A stretch of DNA of 64,000 nucleotides from Octopus sinensis (taxonomy: Eukaryota): assembly GCF_006345805.1 (NCBI RefSeq), contig NC_042999.1:152148001-152212000 (forward strand), in the 5' to 3' direction. Positions 26,624 to 41,223 of this stretch are shown piece after piece. Numbering within the stretch: position 1 is the first letter of the stretch; each line of letters opens with the position of its first letter. The translations under genes and the position numbers were made by a program. Under the pieces are notes generated by a model. It worked only from the letters and a program-made list of their open reading frames with translations, was not told the DNA's origin and did no database searches.

Positions 26624-29600
26624 TGTATATATACACACATATATATATACATATATATATACATATATATAATATATATATATATATATGTATGTGTGTG
26701 TATATATTTGTGTGTCTGTGCTTGACAACCAATGCTGGTGTGTTTACATCCCCCGTAACTTAGCAGTTCAGCAAAAGGGACCAATAGAATAAGTACTAGG
26801 CTTACAAAGAATAAGTCCTGGGGCCAATTTACTCAACTAAAGGCAGTGCTCCAACATGGCTGCAGTCAAATGACTGAAACAAGTAAAAGAGTATGTATAG
26901 AAAAATGTAATTTTGTACAAATATTATTCAAATGATAAATATTTGCATAAAATATTCTTTTCTGCTCTAGGCACAAGGCCTGAAACTTTTGGAGAGGGGG
27001 CCAGTTGATTAGATCAAACCCAATATGCAACTGGTACTTAATTTATTAACCCTGCAAGGATGAAAGGCAAAGTCAGCATTGGCGGAATTTGAACTCAGAA
27101 CGTAGTAGCAGACGAAATATTGCTAAACATTTCACCCGGCGTGCTAACGTCTCTGCCAGTTTGCTGCCTTATTTGCATAAAATATTAATTAAACAATAGA
27201 TAGAGGGCACTCTGTTGGTTATAATGATGAGGGTTCCAGTTGATCTGATCAACAGAACAGCCTGCTTGTGAAATTAACATGCATGTGGCCAAGCACTGCA
27301 CAGACACACGTACCCTTACAATGTAATTCACAGGGAGATTCAGCATGACACAGAGTGTGACAAGGCTGGCCCTTTGAATAACAGGTACTACTCATTTTTG
27401 CCAGTTGAATGGACTGGAGCAACATGAAATAAAGTGTCTTGATCAAGGACATAATCCATCACCAGGAATTGAACCCACGACCTTGCGATTGTGAGCCAAA
27501 TGTCCTAATCACCAACCCACACGCCTTCTAATTATACAAGCTTGTAATTAAATGGATTATTAATAATCCTTTCCATTATAGGCACAAGGCCTGAAATTTG
27601 GGGGAGGAGGATAGTCGATTATATTGACCCCAGAATTTCACTGGTACTTAATTTATCAACCCAGAAAGGATGAAAGGTAAAGTCAACCTCAGCAGAATTT
27701 GAACTCAGAATGTAGCGATGGGCGAAATACCATTAAGCATTGTGTCCAGCATGCTAATGATTCTGCCAGCTTACCACCTTAAATAGATTATTAACGATAA
27801 TTTTTGCTGATGAAATAAATAATTCTTTCTGATTTCGGCACAATGCCAGCAATTTTGAAGAGATGGGGAAGTCGGCTACATTGATCCCAGTCTTCAACTG
27901 GTACTCGTTTTATTGGCTCTAATAGGATGAATGGCAAAGTCAACCTTGATGGTATTTAAACTAAGAACATTGAGCCACAAGCAATGTTCTTAGTTGACAT
28001 GCTAACAATTCTGCTAGATGATCACCATCAATGAAGTAAATAATGTAAATGAAAAATTAGGTTCTTAGCTGGATTGTCAAAAATAATAATAATAATAATA
28101 ACAACAATAATAATAATAATAATAATCATTATCATCATTTAACAGCTGCGTTCCATGTTGGCATGTGTTGGATGGCTTGAATGAGGACTGGCAAGCCAGA
28201 AGGTCGCACCAGGCTCCAGTCTGATCAGCAAGTTTTCTACACAGCTGGATGCCCTTCCTAATGCCAACCACTCCGAGAGTGTAGTGGGTGCTTTTTTACA
28301 TGCCACCGGCCAGGGAGGAGGTGGGCACTCAAGTTCAGCTTAAGAGGCTGATAGAATTAGTACCAGGGTTTTAAAAAAATAGATCCGGGATCAATTCCTT
28401 CAACTAAAAATTCTCCAAGGTGGTGCCCCAGCAAGGCCACAGTCTAATGATTGAAACAAGAAAAGCTAAAAGTTAAAAGATAATCAAGTCAAATGCTAAG
28501 GTTGATTTAATATTCCTATTAAAGCCTCCTAGCTTTGCATGGAATTATAATAGAAGACTTGAGACTTAGAAGTGAAAATGCCATAAAAATAATCTGGTAT
28601 TGATTATCTTACTATAAAGGTTTACCAGTATATTTATTCATCTCTTGCACCTTACATATGCATGGCTCTGTGATTAGTTCTCAGCTGGAAGATGTTTAAA
28701 TACAACTTTAGCAATATAAAGTTTTACTGTGCCTCATAAAATGTGGAACAAGTTATTCATATGAAAATTAGAGGGAAAAAATTATTTAAAACAGTGAAAG
28801 TCAAGTTAAACTGTAACGAGCAACTGAAATAAAATTTCAGGTTACAGTGGAGATTTTATTAACTTTTACTAATTTACATGTCTAATTAGAACTGAAGCTA
28901 GACTGTTTTGTGAATGGCCTACTAAAATATCTGCTTCAGGTTTTTACAGCTTGGTAGGTTGGCATTTCACTTGGTTGGGTTGGTTGATACCTCTCACGTG
29001 CAATGTCTCATTCATAATCCTGCGCATAGCATAAATGCAGTCAAATAACAGCCTTGAGAAAATTAATCATATATGTTAATTGCCAGGAATGTTGCGGAAA
29101 CGAAATTAAAGATGGCAAGGGAAGCAACAATGGCAGCATCCATGATGATGAAAGCAACAAAGGTGGTCATAGTGATGAAGATTGCAACAATAACATTGGA
29201 GGTGTTAATGTGCTGCTGTCTCACTCAATAATAATAACAATAATGATAATAATGATAATGATAATAAACATGGGTGTTTCGTTCATCATCCTTTAACAAC
29301 CCTTATTCAGGGACCTTTTGTGCAAGATGGGCTACTTAAGCTGAAGAAAATTCTAATTAGGCCACACCTACAAGGTGATGTGCTGTGTATCTTGATGTAA
29401 GATCACTATGTTGTGCACATGTGGTTGAGATGCATGTGCCTGGTGTATCCTTATCAGATGGGTAGTCATGATGGATATATTGGGCTTTGTATAATTGTAC
29501 TCCAGTGTCACTTTGATGGTATGCACTGCTCTCTCACTCAATAATAACAATGATAATAATAAACATGGGTGTTTCATTCATCATACTTTAACAACCCTTA

Positions 29601-32600
29601 TTCAAGGACCTTTTGTGTGAGATGGGTTACTCAACTTGAAGAAAATTCTAACAAGGCTCCACCTGCAAGATCATGTGCTATTTATCTTGATATTAGATCA
29701 CCATGTCATGCACATATAGCTGTGATGCATATGCCTGGTGTACTCTTATGGGACGAGTAGTCACCATGGGTATACTGGGCTTTATATATTTGTATCCCAG
29801 TGTCACTTTGATGGTATGCACTGCTCTCTCATTCAATAATAATAATAATGATTTCTAACTGTAGCAGAAGGGCATACATTTTTGGAGGGAAGAGTAATGT
29901 GAGTTATAATGATTGCAGTAGATTAAATGTTACCTTATTTTATTGATCCTGGACAAATTAAATCAAAGTCCACTTTGATGGGATTTTAACAGAGACAGCA
30001 ATGCCACTAAATATCCTAACACACTGTTGCTCTACTTATTCTGCATTCTGCTGCCCTAATAATGATGAGGATGATGATGGTAATAATAATAATAATAATA
30101 ACAAGAATGTTCAGAATGTGCAAACCTCTGCCAAGGCAACACCAACATCCTCTCAATGATGATTTTTAAAATGAGAATATCTGAAATAAACAGTTCTTGA
30201 CAGGTACTTTATTGTAAAATTCCCAGAGGGAAGAAAAGTAAAGTTAACATCAGAGGGATTTTAACCCAGAACTTGAAGAACCTGAAAGATATACTGCAAA
30301 TCTGATGCTTTCACAATTCTGCCAAGTTGCCACCTAGATGAGTATGATGATGATTACAACAATAACCAATTCATGCGGCAAACCAAGAATGTTGAAAATA
30401 ATGAATGTTGGTTGTGGCTGACAGATGGAAACCTGAAACAAGAAGCTGAATTGTTAATTACAGTTGTGCAAGAACAAGCCGTTATAACAAGCTTGATACA
30501 GACAAAAATTGGAAATAACTCAGTCAGAGAGCAAATACTGAATCTGTGGAACCTGGGGCTATAATACAAGACATTTTCCCATGGTGCCATGCAGTAGAAC
30601 TGAACCTAAATCCTTGTGGTTGCAAAAAGAGCTTCTTAACCATGCAGCCATGCCTGTGCCTGTTACTTTGTATAGTTTGGTCCAAAATAAGCCAAAGGTG
30701 GGATGTTCATGGCTGGAATGCCTCCGATCATGTGTCTGCTTGATTGAGGGTATTAGGGGGTTAAACTCCAACAGATAGTTTGCCATATGTCATTTTAAAT
30801 TCTAAAAACCTCTGTTTATAGACATTGACATTGAAGTATTTTAAAACATAGCTTCTGCTACCTAGGTGACCAAGTCTGTAGTGGGGGCGGGGTGGATGCT
30901 CAGAGAGTGCTACCACTAGAATAAGAACTGCCTGGGCAAAATTCAGAAAGCTCCTTCCCCTACTGGTGACAAAGGGCCTCTTGCTCAGAGTGAAAGGTAG
31001 ATTGTACAATGCATGTGTGTGAACTGCCATGCTTCACGGCAGTGAAACATGGGTTGTGACTGCTGAAGACATGCGTAGGCTCGAAAGAAATGAAGCTAAC
31101 ATGATCTGCTGGATGTGTAATGTCAGTGTGCACACATGACAGAGTGTAAGCACCCTGAGAGAAATATTGAACATAAGAAGCATCAGATGTGGTGTGCAAG
31201 AGAGACGTTTGCATTGGTATGGTCATGTACTGCGGATGGATGAGGCAATCTGTGTGAAGAAGTGCCATTCCCAAACAATGGAAGGAATCCGGGGTAGAGG
31301 GAGACCCGGGAAGACATGGGATGAGGCGGTGAAGCATGACCTTCGAACATTGGGCCTCACAGAGGCAATGACAAAAGACCAAGATCTCTGGAGATATGCT
31401 GTGACTGAGAAGACTCGGCAAATAAAGTGAGTTCACAGCTGTAACCTACACCAGTGTCTCATAACCAGCCCACTCAAAAGTACCTTGGATCATATGGCAA
31501 CAAACTGTGCTTGAGAAGACCTATTGAATCAAGTACATCAAAACCAAATTCAAATGGAAATTGTAATTGTGATTCCTGTGCCAGTGGCACATAAAAAGCC
31601 CCATCCGAACGTGGCTGATGCCAGCACTGCCTTGACTGGCATCTGTGTTGGTGGCACGTAAAAAGCACTCATTACACTCTTGGAGTGGTTGGCATTAGGA
31701 AGGGCATCCAAATGTAGAAACACTGCCAGATCAGACTGGAGCCTGGTTCAGCCTCCTGGATTCCCAGACCCCAGTCTAACCATTCAACCCATGCCAGCAT
31801 GGAAAATAACTGTTAAACGATGATGATAATGATGATGATGATCATCATCATGATTATATTAAATATCAAATGATTCATAGTGTATATAAATCAGTAAAAT
31901 ATAAAATATTTATACATAAAAATGGGGGTGGGGGCGCTGAGGGTATTATGTGAACATGAGGGGGGAAGTGGCCCAAAAAGTTTGAGAACCTGTTTTGTGC
32001 ATACACGATAGAGTGTAAGCGCCCTGAGAGAAAAGTTGGACTTAAGCATGAGATGTGGTGTGCAAGAGAGATGACTGCGCTGGTATGGGTCATGTGTTGC
32101 GAATGGATGAGGACAGCTGTGTGAAAAAGTGCCGCACCCTAGTAGTTGAAGGAACATGTGAAAGAGGTAGACCCAGGAAGACCTGGGATGAGGTGGTGAA
32201 GCACAACCTTTGAACATTGGACCTCACCGAGGTAATGGCAAGTGGCTGAGACCTTTGGAGATATGCTGTCATTGAGAAGACCTAGCAAGCCAAGTGAGAT
32301 TCTAACTGTGGCTTATGCCAATGCTGCATAACTAGCCCATTTAAGAGTACCCTTCAATCATTGGATAATAAACTCTGCTTGCAAAGACCTGTTGAGGCAA
32401 GTGAAATCATCATGGCTGATGACAGTACCACCTGATTGGCACCCGCGCTAATAGAACATAAATGCACCATTCGAGCTTAATCGTTGCCAGGGTGACTGAC
32501 TGGCTCGCATGCCGGTGGTGTAAAAAGCACCATTCGAGCATGATTGTTGCCAGCATCACCAGACTGGCTCCTGTGCCAGTGGCACATAAAATACACCATT

Positions 32601-33696
32601 TGAGTGTGGTTGTTGCAGGTGGCATGTAAAAAGCACCATTTGAGCATGGTTGATGCCAGTACTGCCTGACTGGCCCTTGTGCCACTGGTACGTAAAAGCA
32701 CCCACTACACTCTTGGAGTGGTTGGCGTTAGGAAGGGCATCCAGCTGTAGAAACCTTGTCAAATCAGATTGGAGCCTGGTGCAGCCTTCTAGCTTGCCAG
32801 CCCACCGTCAAACTGTCCAACCCATGCCAGCATGGAAAGCAGATATTAAACAACGACGACGATGATGATGATGATGATGATCACATCATTGCAATAAGTT
32901 ATAAATCCTTTAACTCAGATGCGGTAATTTAAACAAACATGTCACTTTGACTTCATCTCTGTTCTTTACCGCATTTCTAATTGGATTATCTTCGTTATTG
33001 CAATAATCACTAACCTCAGTTTGTTTTCCTATTGTTTGCAGTATGTATGTACCAATACAATGTTTGTCTATGTGTCAATATGTTCTAGGATAATGATCTC
33101 CTCTTCCTCCTCCTCCTCCACCCCACCTTTATTATTATTATTATTATTAATGATTCATTTAGTGTTTTAATTTTATATTTAGCACATTAAACTTGTTTTT
33201 TAAACAATCTTTGTAATTTTACTTATTGTTAATATCAATTTGTTTTCAATATGGACTCATTTGCTATATCATTGGCTATAACAACTTGGAGTGTAAACTC
33301 AGTATATGTATATATATTAGCTTGTGTTTGTATATTAATCTACATATGTTTCTGTGTTATACATCATCTATTGTTATTTTTATATTTTTCTTTCCGTGGC
33401 TCCTAGTTTAAAGTACCTATTTTATTATTATCATTATTGATATTGGTGGTGGTGGTGGTGGTAGTAGAAGTAGTAGTTGTAGCAGCAGCAGCAGCATTAT
33501 TATTGCTATTATTGTTATCATTTTTGTTTTTATTTCCTATTTTTACCAAACTTTTTATCAGAAATGCTACCTTTTCTTTTGAACACAAATGTTTGGAATG
33601 CAGGAATTAGACGTCTACATGAAAAGCTTTATGTATTCACTGCTTGGGTGACTTTCATTGCAAAGGATGTAGTAGTATATTACACTGCTTTATATC

Positions 33697-33727
<31 letters not shown>

Positions 33728-36700
33728 TTTTTTTTTTTTTGGTAGACTCTTATCTCCATCACCTTGTTCTCTTTCATCTATTTATCCAGCAATTTCTATT
33801 TTCCATGTTAACAATCAAGTGAAAGCAAATACGAAGGAAATGATTGTCTGGCCCAACTAGTTTATTTGTGACTTCCAACAGATGCTGATTCAGCTGATGG
33901 AGGAGTGTTCAGCTAGAAAACTGTTCTAAAGAAAACAAACAATACTATAAGTAAACTGTTAAATATGCACCATATCAAAGGCAAAATGAACAATGACAAG
34001 TTTCAAGGAAAAGACTTTCGAGACTGATTAGAAAGAAATAAACAAAAACCTCCCATTAAAATGATTGTTTGATTAATTAAGGTGAAAATTCGCTTTGGTG
34101 GAATGTTATATTTCATCTATTCAGATACCAAATTCTCTGATCTCTGTAGAAATCTGTGTTATATTGATCGATTTCAGACAGCGAAACAGCTGTAGAAGTT
34201 TTCCCATAATTTACATTTGTTTACTCTTAATTCAATTTAATTCAAAATTAAGTGGAACAAGATTGCCATTCCCCTTGCAGAACAGACAGACAAGACTGAA
34301 TTGTTTGATAGTTTAAGGTGGGCACAAATCGGTGTTAAAATCCAGTTAATTTTAACTCGACTTTTGGTACTTAAAACAGTTAATATTATAACTACCTATT
34401 CTTTTCTTTTACTTGTTTCAGTCATTTGATTGCGGCCATGCTGGAGCACCGCCTTTAGACTTATTCTTTGTAAGCCTAGTACTTATCCTATTGGTCTCTT
34501 TTGCCGAACCGCTAAGTTGTGGGGACATAAGCACACCAACATCAGTTGTTAAGTGATGTTGGTGGGGGGAACACTGACATGCAAACATACAGACATACAC
34601 ACATGATGGGCTTCTTTTAGTTTCTTATTTCTTTATTGCCCACAAGGGGTTAAACATAGAAGGGACAAACAAGAACAGACAAAGGGATTAAGTCGATAAC
34701 ATTGACTCCAGTGCATAACTGGTACTTAATCTATTGACCCCAAAAGGTTGAAAGGCAGAGTCTACCTCAGCAGAATTTGAACTCAGAACGTAAAGACAGC
34801 CGAAATACCGCTAAGCATTTCACCTGGCGTGCTAACGTTTCTGCCAGCTCAGTTTCTGCCTGCCATATCCACTCACAAGGCCTTGGTTAGTCCAAGGCTA
34901 CAGTAGAAGACACTTGCCCAAGGTGCCATGCAGTGGGACTGAACCCGGAACCATGTAATCGGTAAGCAAGCTACTTACCACACAGTCACTCCTGCGTCTG
35001 ATTACTTACCCCACATCCACTCCTGTGCCTATCGTTAATTGAAATATATAAAGAAGAATAAAGCATATCTGATACACTACTCTCTTCTATATCTGGGTGA
35101 CTGCAATGTTCACTACAGTAATCACTCCACTATCATGGGTGTTACATTCCAAAACACTCGTGATAAGTGGAACTCTGTGAAGTAGAAACAGTACTGTACT
35201 AGTCTTTATTCTTTTACTTGTTTCAGTCATTTGGCTGTGGCCATACTGGAGTGCTGCCTTTAGTTGAACAAATCGACCCCAGGACTTATTCTTTGTAAGT
35301 CTAGTACTTATTCTATCAGTCTCTTTTGCTGAACCACTAGTTATGGGTATGTAAACACACCAGCATCGGTTGTCAAGCGATGTTGGACACACACACACAC
35401 ACACACTGCAAAAGTACTATACATAGCTTTAATACTGAATTGAAAAGCAGGGGTGAATTATTCCTACCTAATCTACAAAAAATATAACATTTTGCATTTT
35501 ATGTACAGTAATCAAAGTAACCTTCATAATATTATTGAATTAGGTGCATATTTTGCCATAAAAGGAAAATGTTGCTATCGAACTATTTTATTTGAGGTTA
35601 GCACTGCCTAGCTTGCCTACCTAGGCGGCACTTCCTAACCAAAATGGTTAAAACAGGAAGTTTGTAACAGAGAAATATAGGTAGCCTGAGGTAGATGGTA
35701 TCACAAGGATTAATTGAATTGTATATTGAATTATTGGTTATTTTACTGTATGAACCACATGGTTCCGGGTTCAGGTGGTACCTTGGGCAAGTGTCTTCTA
35801 CTATAGCCTCAGGCCGACCAAAGCCTTTTGAGTGGATTTGGTAGATGGAAACTGAAAGAAGCCCGTTGTATATATGTATATATATGTATGTGTGTTTATA
35901 TGTTTGTGCGTCTGTGTTTGTCCCCCCAACATCGCTTGACAACTGATGCTGGTATGTTTATGTTCCCATAACTTAGCGGTTCGGCAAAAAATACCAATAG
36001 AATAAGTACTAGGCTTACAAAGAATAAGTCCTGGGGTCGATTTGCTCAACTAAAAGCGGTGCTCCAGAATGGCCACAGTCAAATGACTGAAACAAGTAAA
36101 AGAGTAATAGAGTATATTTCTGTCCTTTCCTTTTCCTCACCAAGTTTTGTTATGGTCTTTCTTTAGGTCTTCATGGTTTGGAACAATAAGTACTAGTTTG
36201 ACTAAGTAGGTTAGTATGGAACTGACAAGACAATTGATGTAGCAGTTAAATGCGTTGTAATTGCTGCTAATTCCGGTCCTTACTCGAGCAGTTACTCAAT
36301 AACTTAGCCACAATAAACTTACTCTCCAAGACAGGAAAAAACTTTAGTTCTTTACAGCATTGACATTTATAGTAAGGAAATAAAAGGAAAATGAGAAAAA
36401 ATGAAAATGTCATTCATTCTGAAAGAGAAAATTGAATTCAAGGAAATATGGAAATATCTAAGAACTTTATAAAATTAAATTGTTATTAGATTAAGTAATT
36501 GAGTTTTTGCTGTCAAGTCTATAGCAATGACATTGAAGATTTGTCTTTGCATTCCAAGTAACTTTAGAAAATGGTATAACACTAGGCAAAGTGTTTAGCT
36601 GATTCACACTTCTGTAACTTCAAAACTATGTTCAAATCACACCAGATCTAACTTGATGCCTACCTTCAACTGTTTCTAAATTCTGATATGGATTATGACT

Positions 36701-39700
36701 GAAACGATATCTGTTTTTTATGAAGTACTGTGTAGCTGGTCTGTGTGCACTAAATTATCTGTTTAATTCATCTGGCTTTTCAGGATAGAAATATTCCTTT
36801 TTAATGTTGAACCTATGTACACCTACATAACATTGTGTGTGTGATGGGGGAGGGCTAAGTGCATGCATCACATCCCAACAACATGGTTTTCGGTTCACTC
36901 CCAATGTGTGGCGTCTTGAGCAAGTGTATTCTATTTAGCATCAAACTGGCCAAAGCTTTGTGAGTAGAGTTGCTAGACAGAAAGTGAAAGTAGCTCATCG
37001 TGTGTGTGTGTGTGTGTGTGTGTGTCTGTTTGTGCCTCCCTGTCTTGACATCACATGGCAGTTGTAAACAAGTGCTACCCTCATACAAGTGATGTTATTC
37101 ATTTCAGTCTTCCATGAAAAACATGCCTCACCATGGGAAAATATTGCCTTGTTTGGCAACAGGTGAAGGTTGGTAACAGGAAGAGGATCCAGCTATAGAA
37201 AACCTGCCTCAAATTCTATCTAATACATGCAAGCTTAGAAAGTACATGTTAAAATATATATTATTTCTCTGCGTATGTGCATTTATGTACAAATGTATCT
37301 TAGTGTTTATGTTTACATATTTTTTCCAACTACTATTATAATTGGGGATTACCATCTGCAAATTATAAATTTTAATCATATCTTAATAATTAAAAGAATA
37401 CTCGATCTGAAGTTATTTCATCTATTACTGATCTGCAAAAAAAAAAAAAATGAGAGAAAAACAGAGAAAAATGATGTTAGTATTATTCAGCCTAGCTGAG
37501 AGATCTTTCTTTAAATGCACCTGCTGCTTAGGAATAATCAACCAAACTTAGAAACAGAAGGATTTAAATGATTTCATCTGAAGCTGAATCTACACACTAC
37601 AGCTTATCTTTAGAGAGCATTGCTAATTTTTTCTTTCATAATGTCTCTTATATTTCATGTGTATAATTAGAGAAAGAAATTATTTTTAAATGCCAGAAAG
37701 TTATTCCAACAAATCCACAGTATGGTTCTAAACATGTTTTGACATTTTCTTAAATTTGATTTTTTAAAAGTATTTTTTTTTCCTTTTTAATTTGATTTGG
37801 TCATTTTTAGTTTATTACTAAAATAATGAATAAATTAAGAATTTTGAACTTGTGGAGATTGTTTCCATAACACCAATTCTTTTAAAGGTTGAGCGACATA
37901 AAAATAAATTGAATGTTTGTGTGTGTGTGTCTGTGTGTGTGTAAGGAAAACTCCCCTTGACATATTTAACCATAATTTGAATCTAAGGACTTCACTTAGT
38001 ACACTTGCTGTAGTTGTATCTGTCAAAAATTGATAGAAACAACCTTCAACGTTATGGATCTTATAAAAAAAAAAACAATTGAAACTTCTAATGATGCATA
38101 AACATTTAGAAATTCATATAGCCCTGACCATTTGTCATTCAACAAGATGGCCAAATTGATGGAATACCTTTGAGACAGGTTAATAGTTTGCATGCAGTAA
38201 CATTTTCACTATGGTGTATCAGTGGTCGGAATATTTAGCTCTGTTGCCAACTCTAGATTATTTTTTTAAATATCAGGTATGAATGTTTGGTAAGCAGCTT
38301 GCTTCCCAATCACATGGTTCTGGGTTCCAGAACTATATGGCACTTTGGACAAGTGTCTCCTACTATAACCCCCAGACCAACAAAAGCCTTGTGAGTGAAT
38401 TTGGTAGCTGTAAACTTAAAGAACCTGTTGTGTATATAAGCCTGGAATTTTGGGGATAGGGCCTAGTCAATTACATGAACCCCTAAAGGGTAAAAGGTAA
38501 AGTTGACCTTGGTGGAATTTGAACTCAGAAACAATTTACAATAATAATGCAATGTAAGATAATGAAAAAAGCCAGGTGAATTAAGCAGCAGAAATGTTAA
38601 TGGAGAAAAATTATGCATTCTCATTTTCATTTCTTTTCTCTTTTTTTATTTGCAGTTGGTATTTTGGAAAAGTGAGTCGGAATGCTTCTGAAGAATGGCT
38701 TCTACATCCTGGTCTTCAGAAAGGCTCTTTTCTTATTCGCCAAGGAGAGGCTCTTCCAGGTAACTAATTTGTTGTCAATTCTCTGTACCTTATCTGAGTT
38801 TGTAATTGTTTGTTTCCCAGCTATTTCAAGAATCTCCATCTAATTGTGGAATTTCAAATTAGTTTCCATAATAGAATTGTGTGTTTTGGTGCATGATTGG
38901 CTCATTTCATGAATTCTAATCTTATTGATCTAAGGTTAAATATGTCTTTAAGATTTCTACATGTATTTTACCAGTTTTGTATGAGAAATGTTTGAGCTAA
39001 AAATTACTTTAATTTAAGACATTTCATTAAAATAATCACTCAGTTTAATTATACATTGTGAACCTCAGCCAAGTATTCTAGTATTGTCAAAATATAATAG
39101 TAGAGTTGTCTTTTGTATTTCATTTGTCTCAGTCGTTGCACTGTGGCGATTTTATTGAATAAATTTACTCTTTAGTATTGCAGGATAATTTTGGTAAATA
39201 TATCTGTTAAAATGAGATGCCAGTGTTATTTTCATTTTTGTGTAATTTAGACAACAATTTATTCACCGCACCCTGTCAGTAAAATATTGGGATATTTAGT
39301 AAAATATTGGTACCTCAAATTGGCCACAATTGTATGGCTAAGAAGAAGACAGAATTGCTACCTCTTTTAATGATGAAGACATTATTTGATCCAATAAAGA
39401 ATGTATTTTATGCTGTGTCATTGTCATCATCATCACCAGTTTTAATGTCCAATTTTCCTTGCTTGTATGGGTTAGATGAAATTCATCAAATCAAATTTTC
39501 TACAGCTGGATGTTCTTGTCATCAATTCTCATCTATTTCCAAATAAAGGTCATAATATTTCCTCTAGTCCAATCCTTTACCAGACTTGTTTTCATGAAGA
39601 GATAGGAAACAGACACCACTTGTATAACAGTGAGGTTTGTTTACAATTTACACACAATGTCATGGCAAAGTGGCAGACGCCATCAAGTGATGGTTGTGGT

Positions 39701-40778
39701 TGTAAACAAGTGTCACCATGACACAAGCAGTGTTATTCATGAAAACCATACCTGTCCATGGGGGAAATATCACCTTGCTTGGAAACAGGTGAGGCTTGAC
39801 ACTGCATCTGTGACAGGAAGAACATCTGGCAATGAAAAATCTGCCTCATTGAATTCCATGTGACCATCCATGGAAATATTGTATATGAAAACAAAAACAA
39901 CGATGACAACGATGATGATCATGAAGATGATTATGACATAGTTCAGTGGGTAGAGCATCGGGCTCACAATCATGAGGTAGTGAGTTCCACTCCCGAACAG
40001 GGCTGTGTGTTGTGTTCTTGAGCAAGACACTTTATTTCATGTTGCTCCAGTTCACTCAGCTATAGAAATGAATTGAGACATCACTGGTACCAAGCTGTAT
40101 CTGCCTTTGCCTTTCCCTTGGATAACATTGAATGCACGAAGAGGGGAGGTTTGTATCCATGGGCAATTGCTGGTCTTCTGTAAACAATCTCATTTCTTTA
40201 TTACCCACAAGGGGTTAAACATAGAGGGGATGAACAAGGACAGACAAAGGGGTTAAGTTGATTACATTGGCCCGGGTGCATAGCTTGTGCTTAATTTATC
40301 GACCCCGAAAGGATGAAAGGCAAAGTCTACCTCGGCAGAATTTGATTTCAGAACATAACAGCAGACGAAATGTCGCTAAGCATTTCGCCCAGTGTGGTAA
40401 CGATTCTGTCAGCTCTCCACCTTCCATAAACAATCTTGCCCAGACTTGTGCCTCAGAGGGTAACTTTCTAGGTGCAATCTTATGGTCACTCGTGACCGAA
40501 GAGGATCTTTAACCCTATTTTTAATTATGGTTATGATGTTGATTATGATTAGTGGTGATGATGATGAGGACAAGGAAGAGAGAAATCTTTTTTATTTAGT
40601 GCCAACCAATTTCTAGGAATATTTTTAAGTTAACGGAATTAATTAAAAAAAAAAAAGTAGTAAAATGCCTCAACAAAAAAAAAGAGAAAAATAAAAATGG
40701 TTAAAAAAAGTATTGCTCGCAGTATGTTAAATGGTATGAAACCACAGAACTTTATGTTGAAAAATGTGTAAGAGACAC

Positions 40779-40813
<35 letters not shown>

Positions 40814-41188
40814 GATATTTCCCAACAATTTACACAGCAAAGTACAATAACCTTTACTCTGGATCCATTCAACTCACACTGTACCCATGTCATCAAATGT
40901 TAATATATTATTTCTCTTTTAATACTGATGATGATGATGATACCGCCACTCTCTTTCTATCTTTTATGTTTGTATTCTTCCTACCACCACCACCACCACC
41001 ACCACCATTACTACTACTTGTGATCTCCTGGTTGTAACTATGGGTGCAACATATAAAACTGACTCTCACAATTATTATTGCAATGTATTGTCAGCAGTCG
41101 CTGACAGCAGGTAATGGTAAAATTGGGACACTTTGCGCATCCTGTTGTTAGCTTTTCCCCTTGTCACTAATGATTATTTATACAAACA

Positions 41189-41223
<35 letters not shown>

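Noticed and set aside
26273-26784. YIYI-type ORFs (also near 6121, 20963, 24054, 50289)
   Set aside because: Translations of (TA)n/(CA)n microsatellites.
36520-36570. EDLSL and IPSNF words suggesting an SH3 exon
   Set aside because: They are in different frames with nearby stops, and there is no ALYDY/WW context or suitable splice sites.
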